Shown: positions 60,786-64,000 of the stretch, piece by piece
Position numbering within the stretch: position 1 is the first letter of the stretch
Layout: every line of letters starts with the position of its first letter
DNA from: a virus
Reading direction: 5' to 3' (one strand)
Length of the DNA: 64,000 nt
IMG/VR virus record: IMGVR_UViG_3300023174_000052
Location: 96,001-160,000 of that record
The notes under the pieces: model-generated
The model's database searches: none
Seen by the model: the letters and a program-made list of their open reading frames with translations, nothing else
Told to the model about the DNA's origin: nothing
Position numbers and translations under genes: made by a program

Positions 60786-60793
60786 TAATTATC
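60786..60793 (-). promoter_or_regulatory. Candidate late promoter GATAATTA upstream of the glycosyltransferases
   Basis: GATANWTA match overlapping the nuclease TAA stop. Confidence 0.35.
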
Positions 60794-61574
60794 TTACACA
60801 TTGTCCTGATTTCGCAAAATCGCAATATTCGCAATTATGTTTATTTTTTGGAAAAAATCCACGTTTAACCGTATTAATCATGCTGGACACGAGTTTATTT
60901 GCCTTCTCTTGAACCTTGGGTCCTGCCGAAAATGCGACTAAATCGATAGACTTACCAGATTTCGCCCCTTTTTTAAGCACGACAAAAGCGGTACCAACAT
61001 CTGCGGAAGACAATTCGAATTTCTTCATGACGTGCCATTTATAGAGGATCAACTGTGCCTGTGTATTGAAATCTTCTTTTTTATCTCGACGCCATCCATA
61101 GGCTGGACCTGTCTTCCAGTCGATGATTAGAAGCTTTTCCTTACCTCGTTTGTCTTTAAGCTTAAGAATCGCATCGATGAAACCTTTAAATTTAATATCA
61201 TGATTATCGATAGATTCCATAAGCGCATGTTCTGCATCGAGTGTCTCCCATTCCGGAAAATTTTCATCCAAAAATGTAGGAACATCATTAATCACAGTTT
61301 CTGCCCAAGAACACCATTTTTCTACGTCAGGGAAACCTTTTTCTTGCCAAATCCTACGAATTTCTGACGTGCAAAGTTCTACGTCTACTTCTCGAGTCTT
61401 AAGATATTTTTCGCAAGACGAATGGACGGCAGTACCAAAATAAAGGTGTTCTGATTCTACATCTGCTTTGACTTTATCGATATAGGTCAGCTTATGTTTC
61501 CACGGACACTCTGCCCAAGTTCGAACTTCAGAAAAAGAAATATGAGCTTTACCTGTTGGAAACGTATTAGACAA
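60789..61574 (-). CDS. PD-(D/E)xK exonuclease, Cas4/RecB/AddB-like with a 4-Cys cluster
   Basis: ECPWK, FGTAVH, E...KGFIDA...IIDWKTG, QLILY, CEYC......QC. Confidence 0.88.
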   Translation of the reverse strand: MSNTFPTGKAHISFSEVRTWAECPWKHKLTYIDKVKADVESEHLYFGTAVHSSCEKYLKTREVDVELCTSEIRRIWQEKGFPDVEKWCSWAETVINDVPTFLDENFPEWETLDAEHALMESIDNHDIKFKGFIDAILKLKDKRGKEKLLIIDWKTGPAYGWRRDKKEDFNTQAQLILYKWHVMKKFELSSADVGTAFVVLKKGAKSGKSIDLVAFSAGPKVQEKANKLVSSMINTVKRGFFPKNKHNCEYCDFAKSGQCVR

Positions 61575-61610
61575 TCATCACCCCACTCTAAACAATATTG
61601 CGTGATGATT
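61573..61610. promoter_or_regulatory. 9-bp inverted repeat covering the nuclease translation start
   Basis: AATCATCAC (61573-61581) / GTGATGATT (61602-61610), 20-nt loop. Confidence 0.6.
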
Positions 61611-61619
61611 CGATAATTT

Positions 61620-62576
61620 TTAATCTTCTACATTAGAAATAGCTCTACCCTTTAAGCTTTTCCAGTCTTGTCTTGGTCTAACTTCAAGATTTTTTTCCCA
61701 TACGCCCTTAAGAACTTTTGGATCTACGTTATTTTTTTCTAAAAGATAAATTAAAGCATTAATATCCTTTGGAAAACAACTTCCGCCGAAACCCATGCTT
61801 TGTTCGCCAGTATCATCTGACGGCATTGGACCAGGAACTTGCCAGTGAGAATTACCCAGTCTTTTATCAAGAGTCGCTAATTCTATAATCGAATTATAAC
61901 TAATGTCATAACCAGCTTCGAAAAGAGCCTTACACCCTTGATACATTTCATTTGCAAAAGAAACTTTCGTAGCCAGAAAACAATTTGCTACATATTTTAC
62001 CATCTCGGCGTTTGTAGAAGACGTCTCGAATATCGGGACAGTTGGAAATGAGGACTTAAATACGGCCGTCACAAATTTAGAACTTTCTATTGGACCACCG
62101 ATGATGATTCTATCTTGGTTTCTCATATCATCGATAGCATTTGCTTCTGTTAAAAATTCTGGATTGAATACTACACTAATCGCAGATTTTTCGTATTTTT
62201 TATTCCACGTTTCTGTAGTTCCTGGTGGTACTGTAGATTTTACTATGGCGATTCTTTGTTTGGAACTATTAATATTTTCGGATAAAACTTGTAATACAGA
62301 CTCGACAATTGAAGTATCACATGATCCATCTAAATTCATCGGAGTCGGCAAACAAATGAAATAAATCCCAGAAAATTCTTCAATAGATTCGCAACACTCT
62401 ATAAAAATCTCTAAGTTTTCGGGTGTAATAACATTTTCAAATTTGAACTGTTTAATTCCACCTTTCGAATTTTTTCCCGCTTTATCGTATGTATAGACCT
62501 TATTTCCACGTTCGGACAAAACTGTGGTTAGACTTCCACCTACAAATCCTTGACCAATTACAGCTACGGTATGCAA
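61620..62576 (-). CDS. UDP-glucose/GDP-mannose dehydrogenase family protein (short form)
   Basis: GQGFVG, CLPTP, KSTVPPGTT, NPEFL, AEMVKY..N.FLA.KVSFANE, GFGGSCFPKD; 318 aa, ending without the usual C-terminal UDP-binding domain. Confidence 0.9.
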   Translation of the reverse strand: MHTVAVIGQGFVGGSLTTVLSERGNKVYTYDKAGKNSKGGIKQFKFENVITPENLEIFIECCESIEEFSGIYFICLPTPMNLDGSCDTSIVESVLQVLSENINSSKQRIAIVKSTVPPGTTETWNKKYEKSAISVVFNPEFLTEANAIDDMRNQDRIIIGGPIESSKFVTAVFKSSFPTVPIFETSSTNAEMVKYVANCFLATKVSFANEMYQGCKALFEAGYDISYNSIIELATLDKRLGNSHWQVPGPMPSDDTGEQSMGFGGSCFPKDINALIYLLEKNNVDPKVLKGVWEKNLEVRPRQDWKSLKGRAISNVED

Positions 62577-62592
62577 ATAAACACCTAATTTA

Positions 62593-63546
62593 TTACCATT
62601 TAAAGTTTTTTCTATAATACTCTACAAGTTCTCGTATTTCTTCATCGAAAATCTTTTTAGGTCTCCAACCGATCGCCTTTAATTTTTCATCGTTAAGAGC
62701 GTATCTAACGTCTTGTCCTTGTCTTACATAAGATAAATCGAGATAATCTTCATAAGATAATGAATCAGATTTAAAATAATTAGAAATTATTTTTTCAACT
62801 GTTAATCTATTAGATTGTTCACAGTTTCCTGCGATGTTAAAAATTTCATTTTTAACGTTTGAATCGATAATAGAAATAACGGCTTCTGCAGTATCATCTG
62901 CGTGTAACCAATTTCTTACGGGTTTCCCTTCATTGTGTAATCTAATCTTTTTATTACGCTGTAATAACTTAACACTTAACGGTATTAATTTTTCAGGATA
63001 TTGTCCCGTACCATAATTATTCGTCGGTCTCAATATTACATAATCGATATTATACGTTCTATGCCATGCTAAAACTAACATATCGGCCGCGGCCTTAGAT
63101 GCCGAATATGGATTACTAGGTTTCAATGAATCACTCTCTACGTGTTGACCGTCGACTATGTCTCCATACACTTCATCGGTACTGAAATGTATAAAAATCG
63201 GTCGACTGGCTACATTCGTAGGCTTGCTCTTAATTAGATCTAATAAATTTTGAACGCCAATGATGTTCGTTTTAATGAATGAGTTAGAATTTATTATGCT
63301 ATTTCCAACATGCGTTTCTGCTGCTACGTTGATAACGTAATCACAATCAGGTAAATAATCTAAATCACATATATCTTTCTTTAAGAAAGTAAAATTTTCA
63401 TATTGTGAAAATGTATCTAGAAAATTCTCGTTGCTGGCGTAGGTTTGAGAATCGACTCCAAGTACCCTCCAACCTTTATCTAAGCACTTTCTGGTAATAT
63501 GTGAACCGATTAATCCCAAACATCCTGTTATGATTACTATCTTCAT
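62593..63546 (-). CDS. rmlB: dTDP/NDP-glucose 4,6-dehydratase
   Basis: TGCLGLIG, AAETHV, STDEVYG, NPYSASKA, NNYG..QYPEKLIP, RNWLH, R.GQD.RY. Confidence 0.88.
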   Translation of the reverse strand: MKIVIITGCLGLIGSHITRKCLDKGWRVLGVDSQTYASNENFLDTFSQYENFTFLKKDICDLDYLPDCDYVINVAAETHVGNSIINSNSFIKTNIIGVQNLLDLIKSKPTNVASRPIFIHFSTDEVYGDIVDGQHVESDSLKPSNPYSASKAAADMLVLAWHRTYNIDYVILRPTNNYGTGQYPEKLIPLSVKLLQRNKKIRLHNEGKPVRNWLHADDTAEAVISIIDSNVKNEIFNIAGNCEQSNRLTVEKIISNYFKSDSLSYEDYLDLSYVRQGQDVRYALNDEKLKAIGWRPKKIFDEEIRELVEYYRKNFKW

Positions 63547-63550
63547 GTTT

Positions 63551-64000
63551 TTACTTGACTGTTTCGCAATTTTTAAATAATGGAAACTCTCTTAGGTCTC
63601 GATATTGAGGCTCTTCAGGTAGATCTTCGGCATGTTGAGGATAGTTTTGCATTAGCATTAGTCCTCGAGCGGCTTGTTCTGGGGTCATGTAAGCATTATG
63701 GCCATTAATATCGATTTCATCTTCATGATACATCACTTCGCCGCGGCCTTCGTACCTAGCCTTTCTAAACCAGTCGCGTGCTTCTTCGCTATTAGTTAGA
63801 ATCATTCCACCCTTTCCAATTTTTAAATGCTTTTTGATATGGAAAGAAAGACACATATAAGAGTCTTGAACATACATATTAGATGTTAATCTTTTCGCAG
63901 CGTCATAGATTGGGTACGGTTTTAGTTGATAAACACCCTTCCAACTTACTTCTTCAAACTTTACAGTTCCGCCAGCATGGATTATTGACTGTGGTACAGA
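63551..64000 (-). CDS. DegT/DnrJ/EryC1/StrS-like PLP aminotransferase (5' end beyond the window)
   Basis: Frame is open to the edge: SVPQSIIHAGG..F...IYDAA...CLSFHIKKHLKIGKGGMILT...RY.GR...G.N.YM...QAARG. Confidence 0.82.
   Translation of the reverse strand, partial: SVPQSIIHAGGTVKFEEVSWKGVYQLKPYPIYDAAKRLTSNMYVQDSYMCLSFHIKKHLKIGKGGMILTNSEEARDWFRKARYEGRGEVMYHEDEIDINGHNAYMTPEQAARGLMLMQNYPQHAEDLPEEPQYRDLREFPLFKNCETVK

Larger units (their letters stand above)
1..64000 (-). mobile_element. Segment of a large T4-like myovirus (likely jumbo phage) genome: virion morphogenesis, recombination/replication and glycosylation modules
   Basis: Terminase, portal, protease, scaffold, capsid, neck, sheath, tube and baseplate genes are all co-oriented. 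No host housekeeping genes, integrase or att site in view. Confidence 0.97.

Noticed and set aside
1-64000. Stop-codon reassignment
   Set aside because: Genes tile densely in code 11 and TAA, TGA and TAG are all used as genuine stops.
1-64000. CRISPR array, tRNA, introns/inteins, DGR
   Set aside because: Intergenic gaps are at most about 130 bp and are explained by terminators/promoters; no repeat-spacer pattern, cloverleaf, intein ends, homing endonuclease or reverse transcriptase seen.

Overview
The whole window is a contiguous piece of a large T4-like (myovirus, probably jumbo-type) phage genome. Every credible gene is on the minus strand and they are tightly tiled in the standard genetic code. 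In transcription order (right to left): a nucleotide-sugar/glycosylation cluster (DegT-like aminotransferase, RmlB-like dehydratase, UDP-sugar dehydrogenase, two GT4 glycosyltransferases) interrupted by a Cas4/RecB-like nuclease; a gp55-like late sigma factor; a ~28 kb baseplate/distal-tail block (gp5-like hub/spike, gp25, gp6/J-like wedge, several very large LamG/FN3-type proteins and two paralog pairs); RuvC-like resolvase, primase and a single-chain SbcD-SbcC (Mre11-Rad50) fusion; large terminase, portal, prohead protease, small core proteins, scaffold and major capsid protein; a 761-aa membrane-segment protein in its own transcription unit; neck/tail-completion proteins; two full-length ~1000-aa tail sheaths, one tail tube and a gp26-like baseplate hub gene cut by the left edge. 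Points of most interest: (1) a shared C-terminal W-x-x-L-A motif plus amphipathic LRxI/V..EE helices that look like a capsid-cargo addressing system, with a putative membrane-inserting ejection protein as cargo; (2) a nested in-frame start with a strong Shine-Dalgarno inside the scaffold gene; (3) a recurrent GATANWTA motif upstream of late genes, a candidate promoter for the encoded sigma factor; (4) duplicated sheaths; (5) apparent TCGA over-representation; (6) an RBS-sequestering hairpin on the nuclease; (7) a repeat-flanked LamG cassette. All functional calls come from motif recognition by eye; no database searches were run.
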